Shown: positions 13,501-25,882 of the stretch, piece after piece
Layout: each line of letters begins with the position of its first letter
How positions within the stretch are numbered: position 1 is the first letter of the stretch
DNA from: Catajapyx aquilonaris
Taxonomy: Eukaryota
Direction of reading: 5' to 3'
Length of the DNA: 64,000 nt
NCBI GenBank assembly: GCA_000934665.2
Contig: JYFJ02001345.1
Span: 1-64,000 of the forward strand
The notes under the pieces: generated by a model
Seen by the model: the letters and a program-made list of their open reading frames with translations, nothing else
Database searches by the model: none
What the model was told of the DNA's origin: nothing
Translations under genes and position numbers: made by a program

Positions 13501-16500
13501 AACACACTACAGGCAGACTGAACAAACATCTCTCCTCACCTTTTGCGTCTTCCATGCTGGCAGCCCTTGAAGAATCCCTAGACTGCTGCTGACCTCCTTC
13601 TTGACTCATGGAGGACAGTTCATTAGACTGGCGGAGCAGGCTCACCCGGTAGAAGTAGTTGCGCCAAAACTTCTCCTCACTGATCCTAAAAAATATTTTG
13701 TTGAAAAATGTTAGAAGCTGACATCACAACAAGAAACAGTGTGGCCACCAGGAACCTTTTAAGAAGAAAAACGGAAAGAAGGCAAAATTTGGATTAGGAG
13801 TAGATGAGAAATTTAAGAATGGACTGTTTCTTACATTTTAGGAACCAACTCAAATCTCATCTTCTCAAGGTTGGAATCTTCTCCAAGAGTGGCCAAGGCG
13901 ACTGGGTAGATGCTCTCGTAGTCAAACTCAAAGTTCACGCCTGAGGGAGGGTCGCGAACGAAGTTGCGTCGATCCTTTGTGAAATGATTGGGGGAGAAAT
14001 GTGGAGCATTTTTTTAGAACAATTCATAAACAATACAACTATTGCATGCAGTCCCATAAAAACATGGAACATGGCAGTTTTCATAGGAATGTGGTCAATC
14101 AAGGCTTCTCTTGGCATGTGACACTTTCTTTGTAATGTTAATATGTAAGTGACTGAAATGAGAAAAAATAAACTACACTCACAGTAGAAAGGGACAGGAT
14201 CTCTTCCTTGAGGTTCTCCTCGTTGGGGTAGCCAACCCATGGGGGGACGGCTGCTTCGGATCCCTTGCCGCGTTTGTCCCTGATGAATGCTTCCTGCTCG
14301 CGATTAAATTCACCAAGAATACTCTGCTAGAGGTGGAAAATTTCTATTTGCGATAAAAAGTTCACAACAACAATCATGCATGAAACTCCACTTACATTTT
14401 CTTCCACTGTCTTCTTTATCTTGGCTCCAGCTTCACTAACTGTTTTACCTGCTTTGTTCACAGCAGAAAACAAAAAGCTACCAATTGATTTTGCCCCAGC
14501 AATTGCCTTGGTAGACACGCCTTCCAGCCCTAGATGTTGTGAAAGAACCAAAATAATTAGTCACGCCTTCAGTTCAGCCAATCCAATTTCAATGCTGACG
14601 CCAATGTACTTAGTATGGTTAGTAACATTGATAGTTTTTGTTATGTCAATAATTTTCCATTTACAAATTACAAAATTCTGATGATCATTATCTTCCTAAA
14701 TGACTGCATTTGAAAATGTCGTACAATTAGAGGAGTTAATATACAAATGTCACGTTACATTAAAGCATTACAATTTAACTCGGTAAGGTTAATGTAACTG
14801 TGAAACAAGTCAGCCCAGCAAATTTCACTGCACATGTGACTGCATCCAAAGCATTGTTTAATGAGAGCTCATTTGTCCCACAACAGTAAACATAAACAAG
14901 CATGACCATTTCCCACCATGAGACTAATTCAAAATCATTGCAGCTCCTCTTGTATGAAAGTCCCTGTTTACAGTGCAAATCAAACAATACTGTAACTGTT
15001 ACCCACATAATTGTTAATTACTGACTTCAGTGTGAGTCTTCACATTAATTGCACATTAATTGTGAACCTATGCTAAAAACTGTAACTACTTCCAACATAT
15101 CAGACTGAGCATAAAAAAGGAAAGTGATACAACCATAAAACAACATATCTTGTTTTCATTGCTGACAAACAAGACAAATTACAAGCTCCATTCTAGGCGT
15201 AATCACCACAGTCATTTTACACAAATGAAGATGTAGTGACCATTAATGTAGAGTCCCCAAGCAGATGAAGCACATGTGAAATGTACACACCAGAGAAGAT
15301 GTTACAACAACACTAGTGGCTTCAGTTCCTAATAATACTCATTTGCAAGTAACCAGTTGTCAGAACAGCTGGAGTGGCAAGTATCAACACTTGCAGCCCT
15401 GTAAATGCTACTACAATATGATGTGGCCCAACTGATCCTGCGTCAATACAAGTTGTTAACGGCCAGTTGCAGTCTGATCAACAGAAAATCTAGAACAAGA
15501 TCCTCTGGTAATATCATTGATTTGGATTTACCCTTGATCGCAAACCCAAGTTTGTAGCTGAGCTCTGGGAGAAAGTTGCCACAAGAACCAATTATTATCC
15601 AACGGCAGTGTCATTTTTTTCCCCTTTCTTGCAATAACTTTGTCCGAACTTTTGCTAAAACATGGAATCAACTGATGGGAAAAAACAAGATGTTGTTGTT
15701 TTAAAGGTTTATCACTTCCTTTTTTTTCTCTGGATTTTACAGTTGGAACCTTCCATGGTGTGCAGACTTGCTACCTTGTTGCATGTTCTGTAAGTGTTTA
15801 CACAAAATAATTAAACAACACGAGGCACATCTTCTCTATTAGCATCTGGTTACAAAGAGTGCATTTTGTTACACGTTAGTAAGGATTAAAAGGCACAAAT
15901 TGTGGTCAAGCAAGTAGGCGTCACAAACGAGGTGCCATGCAAATATTAACTTAGCCCCTTTTCCTTAGCCCTTGCTGACAATGCATCATGCAAGATGTCA
16001 CAATGCCCTTGCAAGTCCTGAAATGCAGTTATGGTCATGCCAAACATGATATTCCCTCTCACATGAGCTGCGCTAAATGGAAAAAATGGAAAATGGTAAT
16101 AAGGATCTGACCGGCTCCGACGGCCCCAGCGGCAGCTGCCTTGTCCTTATCCTCCGCTTCCTCTCCCTCGGAAGCTTGTGGCTCGCTATCAGCCCCACCA
16201 GTAGCACTGAGTTAACAAGTGTGCCCAAGTCAGGGATGACTGAACTGTAGTATAAGCCAGAAAAGTAATTCAAACCTGGAATCATCATCATCCTTTATCT
16301 GCTCTTCGGGTGATCCTTTCTCAGATTTCTCAGAAGTAGGGGACTCTGGTTTAGACTCTGTTTTGGGAGCACCTTCTGCAGGCTGCCCTCCTTCCTCACC
16401 CTTCTTCATCGCTCCTCCCAGCCAGGTCGTCATCTGGCTCTTCATGCCCATGAACATTTCCATCCGCCCACCAACTGCTCCAGCAGCAGCAGCTTTGGTT

Positions 16501-19110
16501 GGGCTGCAAAATTATGAGTCTTTTGGATATGTCCAATCTTATGAATCACCTTCTCACTCAACCTGTCATCATCATCACCATCAGAAATCTCAGATAGTAA
16601 TGGCTCCATGATGAAATAATCCCAATTGCAAAATGCACAAGGGTGATACTTAAATCACTTAAAAGACGTCAAAACAAAGTTAGTGCAGGATTGCCTGCAA
16701 GAGGTCTACTCTACACTGTATGTGTACTTTTCCCAACTGATACTGCAACTGGTGTGAACAGCTATGTTCAACACCTAGTATGCAGAATGTTATGCGTCAC
16801 ATGAATAAAACATTTTTACGAGGCCAGCAGGCCCTTTTCAGTACCAAGTCAAGCAACTGTACAAGAAACACCTGCGAGAACATCCTCATGTTTAACACAC
16901 AAAAAAGTGTTTGCTGTCGAGTGTCACTGACACCATATTTTTTTCTGGTTGAAGTGACACCGTAAGTACTTTATTATCATAATTCATTCTAACCTTTGAT
17001 AGGTCCCGTACATGTTTGAAAGTGATAAGATATATTAGTCTACTGATCATGCCAAGATTAAAGAGTATAGAATGAGTGGAAGAGAAGAGTAATGGCATGC
17101 TTCAAATAGATTCACATACTCGGTCAAGCTACTTCTCATGCATTATAATGTAAAGCAGTTCTCCTGTGTGGGGCAGCACTAGTTGTCAGCAAGTATATGA
17201 CTGCATATGTTTACTGAACATATTCAGTGGAAATAAGCATGCAGGCATGCATGTTGTTAATATTTTCTCTGCATGTATCTGTCACATCATGCCATATGTT
17301 ACTGGCAATGTTTCCTCCTCCATGAAAAGTGTCAAGGTGTATTTGCCTGTAACACAGCACAGAGAGCATTAACCTCGAAACTTTCAGAGTGATAGTACAG
17401 GAGTTGCACCATCATACACACACAAACATATTTCTCAAAAGTCAAAACAAGTTTTTCAACACTAATTTGAGCAGAGAGGTTAGGCAAATCAGTGTTGATG
17501 ACATCACATGCATTTTGGGTATCAGATTCACCAAATTTATTGGCACATGTGAAGGACACATTTAATTTCTCAGCATTATTGGCTCCACCGCAGTGTAGCG
17601 CTAACCAGTTGCCATGATAGTACTGCAGCCTTGTCCCGTATGGTCCTATTTGCATACTTCATCATCCCCTTCTTACTGTTAGTGTGACATGATTAGCATA
17701 TTCACATTATTTGTTGTCAATCAGAAGCTATCTAAAAAGTTTTACGAGCGCAGAACAGGATCGAGTTGAACACTGACCATCAAATCACTCGTGGGATTTC
17801 ATTACTTCGGGAGACAATTGTTACATGACAGAAATTTGGGCTGAATTTCCCAGATACGCGCTGCGTGTATCGTCCCTGTAACATACGAACTCGGATGCAT
17901 CACACACTACCAGAGCAATATATTCCATTGTGCTGTTTGCACATCTGGAATGCCAAATGTGAATTGACATGACAAAAACTTAACTGAGATGGGGTTGAAA
18001 GTGCCAACTTCTGCCACACAGATGCAATGACTGGCACTGACACACAACATTTATGCTGTGTGAATGGCCCTAATAATGTTCACAAAAGCCATGTGACAAG
18101 TTTCATTTCCAGAGGTTGGTTGGTTGATTGGGAGAGCCAATGCAACTATGTTTATCTGGCATGGGAGAGGATGAGAAGGGAAGAAAGATTTTTGGACTGC
18201 AGGAAATGGGAGAACCCCGAGAAAACCCACACTAACTTGAAGAGAACCTAATTTCCAGAGGCATTCCCCAGAAATCACATTATGGGGTTGAATTTTAGTC
18301 TTGATGTGCGCACCTCTCAAAAAATGGTGCAAGAACTTTCAAGCAACCTGCAACTGTATCATCGCAGGGACAAATTGGATAGATTCCATGTTGTTGCACT
18401 TTGACCTTTACGCACATGTACCACTGCAGTTTCCATTCAATCTTAACTGGCAACATACTGGTTACTGATTTCGCTACACTTTACGCAGCACCCTTGAACC
18501 CAAACCTGTTCTGAATCCAGCTCATAACTTGGTTGCGCAGTACGGAACTGCCTTGCTAGGTCTAGGGCCTATATTGGTCGGGTTGACCCTTGCAGTCCCT
18601 ATCTAAGTATGGAGCAGCCAGTCAAGACCAGCAAGTGCACAATTTCACGTCAACAAACATGGACTCCTGCTGGCACGATCAATTATTCTGTGCCAGCGGT
18701 ATTTGCACTTGTTGATAGGAAATTGTATGGCTGTTAATCGACGTTGGCTTGGCAACCAAAAGGCAAGCCAGTTCTGGAATGGGTTTGAATTCGCTGGCTC
18801 TGACTTGCGACTGGTCGGCACTGCGGTGGAGCCACGACCGCGCACTATGACCCGCCGTTCAACGTCACTTTCCCTGTACCTCCCCCCCAGCCCCGTCCCA
18901 TCACGCTCACCTAGCGTCCGTCTTGCTGTCCTTCCTCTCCCCCGGCATGGGCTCCCCTGAAGCAGACGTGGTGGGCGAGACGGCAATAGCTGCCGTGGAC
19001 GCATCTGTGGGCACAGTCTCCTGTCCTGGCGGGCCCCCAGGTGCCCCTCCCTCCTGCTTCTTCCCCATCCAGTTGGTGACCTGACTAGTAAAACCTGAGA
19101 ACATATCCAT
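10589..19110 (-). CDS. SYAP1: Synapse-associated protein 1 / Sap47 (BSD domain)
   Basis: Exons ~19110-18911, 16503-16276, 16206-16112, 14529-14396, 14323-14183, 13974-13835, 13685-13540, 13406-13329, 10728-10589. Motifs [49 protein letters not shown] and [18 protein letters not shown] possible AATAAA at ~8579-8584 implies a 3'UTR of up to ~2 kb. Confidence 0.93.
18130..18260 (-). mobile_element. SINE body fragment in SYAP1 intron 1
   Basis: Minus strand reads GTGTGGGTTTTCTCGGGGTTCTCCCATTTCCTGC, resembling the conserved segment downstream of the B box in many metazoan tRNA-derived SINEs. Confidence 0.45.
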
Positions 19111-21239
19111 GTTTCCCCGGCCCCTTTGGTGGATCCTCCTCCTCCTCTAGTGTGTGCTGGTGCTGTCCCCCACCTCCTGGCCCACCTCCCCAGGCTTCAA
19201 CTGGAAGAGAGTGTGGCTGGCACAGGGTTCTTCAGGTGAGGCCGTGTCCCAACTACGCTGTCCAGTGTCCCATCAGCTGACTCGGCCCAAGATGGCCTCA
19301 CACGAATGTTGTTGTGATGCTGCCTATCTCCACATACAGATGATGATGATGAGAGGGCAACCCCGAGGCCTCTCTCTCTCTCTCTACTTCTCTCTTCTCC
19401 GGATTCCCCCTTTGGCTGTAGCCCGACCCTTTGACGGATCGAACAGGGCGTGCGCACAGGACCGAGACCTACTCGATAAAACGGCGCTACGAAGGGAGGG
19501 GAGGGGGAGGCTGGCAAGGGGGGGAAGCAGAGATGCGGTACTCACGTGTATGACGTCACTCTCGTACGTATACGCAGTTTACACACGTGCGTTGTAGCAG
19601 GTGCACGCAGGCCATTGGCACCACTGGAAGGATTGGTACGCCTGATGCACCTGAGCAAAATATGAAAATCGCGTAATTATGGATCAAAAATGGCGGCCTT
19701 CATACTCCGTGGTGCGTGAAATGTTGGCACCACTGCTTAGTCACGTGATACATGTTAGCCAATCCCAGCAGGGCATATCGTGACCGATAGCAGGTCGCCC
19801 TTGCCGATGCGCGTACCTGGTCGTGCCACACCTGAAAGGAGGAATTGATCGGAGGACCATTGTGCTTACAGATGGAGTGGGTGGGAGGGTGGGGAAAGGT
19901 TATATCGTGTGAGAACCATGCGACCGCCTCATTCATTATGATGCTGTCCGCTCTTTGTGTCAATGTCCCAAAAGTAACTGTGGCACCACTGTTTGTCGCA
20001 CGATCGTCAACCACAGCTTGAATCAGTAATAGCATTTTCATATAACTAACTACAAGTGTGTGACAACAACACTTTTTGCCAAGTATTCGAAAGGTCAAAT
20101 GACTTTACAGACTTTACAATGGCAATTGAAAAAAAAAGAGCTCCCATGCAAGGGGCGTCAACTATACACTGTAGTTGAGGGCCTAACACTTTATAGTAGT
20201 AGCCCCATGTTCCACACGATCTATGCTGGATCAATCAATGACGGGCAGGAATTCCCTGGCCAATTAAATTGACCGAATTGGGTCATGTGACCAACAGGGG
20301 TGCTCTATATAGGTTATCAAATAATGGCGGGTTTTAGAATAGTGCTCACAATGGGCAATAAATAACCTTACTCTCATCAATAGTTAGGAGTGTGACGTCA
20401 GAACCTTATTTGGCTGAATACCGTCACGAAATTATTTGTGAAAAGCCTTTCGGAATTTCAATTGGAACGAGGGGTACGCTGTTATACTCCTTATACGTTT
20501 ATTAGCAATAATAATAATATATCGCTAGTGTAATATTGAAGGCCTTTTTAATTAAATGTAACAATTAAAAACTTGAATTTCTTAAAAGATTACGGTGTCA
20601 TTGAAATCGTTGCATAGATATATGTAAATAACAGTTTTATGTTGTAAAATACACATGTGCTACACTACTTGACTTTTAAATAACATATATTTTATTCAAT
20701 GACTTCGCTGCTAATTAATTGTTGTCGTTGAAATAAACGCCGAAAAAACCACTCAAACAATGAAAGAGCATCAATCGAAATGCTTTTCATTCAAAAAAAT
20801 ATTTGACCTGCCCGGGTTTTGATCGCGTGACCTCAGAAGTGGTCATCAGCAACAACACCACGGAACCGAGTTCGTGACGCATTGGGTGTTGCATAAAAAG
20901 CTGTGCTTTCTTTATTGGGACTATAATAACAAAACCGGGCGGTACGTTGCCCTCTTCCCCAAAGATTTAGCATTTTTTCGAATATATAACTATAAGGCAT
21001 AATTACCCTAGTTGATTTTTGGTGATTTCGGCATTGGGTATTAAGGGTATTAGCTTCAAATTTCTAAAACTATTTTCTAAACTGTTTTTGTGTGATAAAG
21101 CCCCGTGGTTAGCATGCAACATATCTAAGCCAACCTGGGATGAACCTGTTTGTCCAGAAAAGTAGTACTGTTTTTCTTCTCTCTTTTTTTTTGTTTAAAC
21201 ATTACACCATTGCCTACTGTACCTCTGAATTTAAAAACT

Positions 21240-21420
21240 TAACCGAAGGTAGATAGAGCGCTGGGGCTATATAACGACAACTCCTTATTACTTCTACCCT
21301 TGAGGTTCCGAGTTCGATCCCCGGTGCGGACGGATTATGTTCTCATGCGATCTGACGGAGTTCTTTCTACTTTCGCCTGTTTTCCCGTTTCCATTCATTA
21401 TTGTCATGGCCTAAGTTGCT
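21240..21420 (+). mobile_element. tRNA-derived SINE remnant
   Basis: A-box-like GGTAGATAGAGCG and B box GAGTTCGATCCCCGG (~21310-21324). No complete cloverleaf. Confidence 0.45.
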
Positions 21421-21499
21421 TCGGATTCCACAGTATAAAACTAAGGAAATCATTATCCGAAAATATACGTTTCAGATCTATACCAATTTGTGAGAATTA

Positions 21500-22097
21500 A
21501 TTGAATACGTACCAATCATTTTCAAAACTCCCGCTCCCGCATGCGCCGCCATTACAAGACGCGCGCGATTTGATTGGCTGAGGGCCGCGATCTCTACTGC
21601 GCAGAATCCCCGCCCCAAAAACACGCAGAAACACAGAGGGTTCCATGCGCAGCCGCAAGGATCGTCGCGGTAGCTCTGACGTCATGTTGCCAGTTTGTCC
21701 CAATCATGATCAGCACTACAGCTAACGTCGTTAAATTCAGCAAATATGATGAACCAGCTCGCGTAATAGCATCATGTAAGTGTCATGCACGTGACAAGTA
21801 CACATAACGATGTAATTAAGCGGCCGTAACGCCGCCCGATATCCTTTTCCCCAATCTGGCAACCCCGCATAGCGAAGGGAAGCCTCCGATTCGCCCCGTT
21901 GCGTGAACCTCCCGACAGATGGGGTTGCATGTAAAACCCCGCTTTTTCCGAACCCTCCCTAGATAGCACCAGTGTAGCGTCCGCGTCTGGCCAATCCCGT
22001 GGCGTCTCTTTCTGTTCCCCTCTTCTTCTTCCTAGTGCGCTACGTTCCCACAGGAGCTCCCTTGTTGGCCCCGGGTCCGCAACCATGGCCCTGAAAG
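21500..22097 (+). promoter_or_regulatory. CpG-rich promoter and first (5'UTR) exon of the ZMYM/woc gene
   Basis: CpG-rich, with ATTGG (CCAAT), CCCGCCCC, TGACGTCA at 21677 and donor AAG|GTAACG at 22097/22098. Confidence 0.55.
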
Positions 22098-25000
22098 GTA
22101 ACGCCCTCTGACTTTCAAACAGCGAGGTTTAGAACACCCCTTTTTGGTGGCTGCCCACTTTGGATGCCTTACCAGTGTTCTTTCTGCCCCGGGGCGGCCC
22201 CTGGGCGCATGAGTCGCAAGTCGTTTTCCCGCCCGTTTTTCCACCCCAGTGTTGTTGAGTCGGCCATTGGTGGCGCGCCTTTTTCTGTGGCAGCGTCGGC
22301 CGCCAGGTGGCACTGCCGGCATAGTCTCTCCAGAAGACATGGGATGGGTTGACGCACCGGGGTCGGACTGACCTGGATGGCTTGGCCCGGGGGCAGGCTC
22401 TGGAGATAGACCGAGTAGGTTGGAGGGGGTCAGTCGTGCAGGGGGTTGAAGGCCGGACTGTGGGTGGAGGTACTGACCACTCAGCAAGTCTTTGGTAGTG
22501 GGCCGTCATAGTTGAGGTTTTGTCAATAATAATGTGGCATGTGGTTGCACCTTTGGTGGTGGGCCTGGTGCAGTCTGGTTGCTGTACACAAGAGGTGGTG
22601 CCCAGGTGGTCAACCAATAAAACCGTTCCGACAGGCCATGGAACGTAAAAAATATTGAGGTAATGGTAGCAGAATGGAGTACGGTAGTACTTCAGTTTAA
22701 TGGTTTGAAACTACGTTCATAGCTGCATAGATTTTCACAAAATAGTGAAAAAAAGACCACCGATGTAGATTGTACTGTGGCAGGCTCTTGCTGGAAATGT
22801 CAATGACCTTCCATTGTTGCGCCAAATCAGGATGCGACGTGTTCTGGAATTAGGTGGACTTGTGTGTGTCTTTTTACTGGAAGGTTAATGGGGGTTTAGG
22901 TGTATTATGGTTTATTGTGTAATTTCATGTGCAGTTCAGGTACCGCTTGATACTGGCCTAGGAAGAGAATTGTCACTTTGTGGATATGTGTTATTTAGAG
23001 GATGAGTCACTGTGAGCGGAGTGTCACGTTGACTCAAATTAAAAGAAAGTGTGAGAGTGCCAGTACAGAGTGGTATTTTCTTGTGTTGACACAACTGGAA
23101 TTCCTTAAGTTTACGGTACAATCTGTGAAAAGTCTGCCGGTGCTTGTGTGAATGAGAAAATTTGCATTAAAGCATGCAGTGACTTGCCGCTTATTTTTTT
23201 ACTGATTGATGGGTGCATCAGTAGGGTCATATCGTGGCACAAAATGGCCATGATTTCACACCATGGCACCCCGTATGTGGCTAGCATGTTGGTTAATGTC
23301 AAAGTTGGTTTTCTCATTAGCCTTCTCATAGTTTTTATAGTTATTATCCGCGGTTTAGAAACTACTGGTGTCGAAAGGTGTGTACTTCGTTATGATCTTA
23401 CAGCATCGCATGGTCAGGTGCAACTTGTTTACTGTTCAACTTTTCATGTGTTGGAAGGAGCTAGCTTTCATGGGGTAGTTTTTTTGTCAACGTTATCTTG
23501 TGTTTGGATGTTCCAACATATTATTAGGGCACACAAACATGTTACTAAATGCACCCTTGAAAATAGGAGAAGAGTTGAAGGTTAAGGTGCAAGTTTAATT
23601 ATTCATCCACATAACTACGTCCACAAATGTCAAAATTGTAACTTAATTATCACATAGTGCAAGACGTCTGAGACTCCTGCCTCTTTATTTCATTCTTATC
23701 TGGGATAGCTGAGACTGGTTTAATGTGACCCTTGTTCTCAAAGAAGAGCATCAGTGCCAGGAACATTTTTACGGGCCTGTTGAGATATAGCTAGGATAGC
23801 ATCATTGCTTATTGTTCAGGACCTGGATTCTTTACCAGAATAATGCATTGGCCTGCAGGACAATGGTCATGATTTTGTGGCTACCTAGTGATGAAGCCAT
23901 AACTTGAGATGAAAAATTGCGGTAGCATTTATCAGACCTTTCTATTTGCAAAGTGACAGTTTCACCAACACAACCAAGAAGGCACTGTAGATAAGCCTAC
24001 TTGGCATATTGTGATGTAACACTTTTTATTGCTGGGTTGCAAGAGTGCAATATGCAACTTGCATCCTTGTAATACACTCAACGATTGTTTCAACAAACCA
24101 GTCCTCTCCTGCATTTGGAAGCGATATAATTCTGCCGTCTAAATGAGCATGTTGTCTGTTCTGCAGGTTTTTGTCCAAGTCTAGTTTTATATCTGGGATC
24201 ATTGACCTTGTTAAAAGTGAATATTCTTTTCATCTTAACTGAAAAGATTGCTTATAAAATGATATGGGTCCATAACATAGTGACTCTTCTGTAATATCTT
24301 GGGAATAATAATTGATGAAGCCATTCAAACTAACAGTAAGTACCAGTCATTACAGTCACAACTGTCATAAAAATAACCTGTGTGCAATGCAAGGTTGCCC
24401 ATTATGGTACTGTCAATTGGTCCCAGAGGAGAATGTTTCAATCACATATTATGGAAATATGTCCAGCCTGGAACCCGTTTGCCAAATGAAGAAACTCCAG
24501 TAGAGACCGTCATCAGGATCAATATTTTGCCCCCATTGATAATAGTTGGATGCAATCAGCATGTAGGCTACTGCAAAATTATGCATAATAATTTACTAAG
24601 GGCATCCAAAACTACTCTCCGAGGAATTGGTGGATATTTTGTAGAAGACATTTGAAACCGAATTAATTTTAGAATGCTTCTCCCAAGGCACTTTGTGTAC
24701 TAGCTGTTTACTTAATCATATTGGTGGAGGAACTTAGGTGCATACAACTTCATGTGGCAAACTTCGTGAGGCAAACAAGTGCTACTTATGACATACAATA
24801 ATTATGTATGTTGCATGTTTTATGACACACAACAAGGAAGATAAAACATTGCTACAGAAGGGTGCTTCTTTAATAATTGTAGGATGTATATCATGTTGCT
24901 ACTTTTACTAGTTATGATTGCCTTTTATGTGTAGTATTTATTTATTTATTTTATTTATTTATTTATTTACGTTGACCCCTTTCGAGGGCAGTACCCTTTT

Positions 25001-25882
25001 TGGGGGAGTTTGATGTGTAGTATGTCAGCGATACAACTCCATGCATGAAAATTGGACACTGAATGATAAATAGCATGCTCAGGGCCTGCACTGAATCAGT
25101 GGGATTACTGAAGCAAAGGAAGTCCCTCAAATCTTTGCTTCAGTAATCCCATTGATTCTTATGTGGGGAATAATACCATTCATGCACACTTGGAGTAATT
25201 CCCTTTCTTGAGGAGCTGCATGTGGCATGTGTGCTAAGTATGTTGCATTTCCTATAATACTGGTAATCAGAGTACACAATCAGAGATTTTCTCATTAAGT
25301 CATACAATCGGCTCCTAGTATGCCTAGGACATTCAGTTACTATTGTAAAATTGCATTGTATTGTGAAATTCAGGGTGCCATCGAAGGTGACAATTAAATT
25401 GTAATGATTATTAAGTTTAAGTGATAGACCGTGCACTAAAAAGGTGTAAAAGTTTAGGTGGGCAGTCAGTACACTACCAATCCAACAAGGAGCTAATTGG
25501 TCTCACTTGTCTGTTTGGTGGCCATCTACCAGCAAACTTTTAAAAATGTCAAAAATGGCCCAGGTTAGGCTGAAGGTCAAGCAGGTGGAAGCTCGCTGAA
25601 GCTAGCCCTAACTTAAAAAATAAGAGTTATCAATTCTTTTGTGTGCAAGTTTCCTTATGGATTGAGTGAACAGGTTAATTAGGTAAACATAAACCTGAGA
25701 GTGAAGTTTATGATATGGGATAAACAGTATGAGTACGTGCATAAACAGCACATGTTATGTTAATGGTCATTTGAATTTGATGGGGATACGTTAATGGAAG
25801 AATAAGAAAATAATTTATGTTAGTGTATCATCAGATACCCTGTACAGATTGCAAAAATTTGAATTCTCTCGTAGGCTGAGTG

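Noticed and set aside
21240..21330. Possible tRNA gene
   Set aside because: A B box is present but there is no acceptor or anticodon stem, so a SINE head fits better. A similar degenerate reverse copy may lie near 20790-20880.
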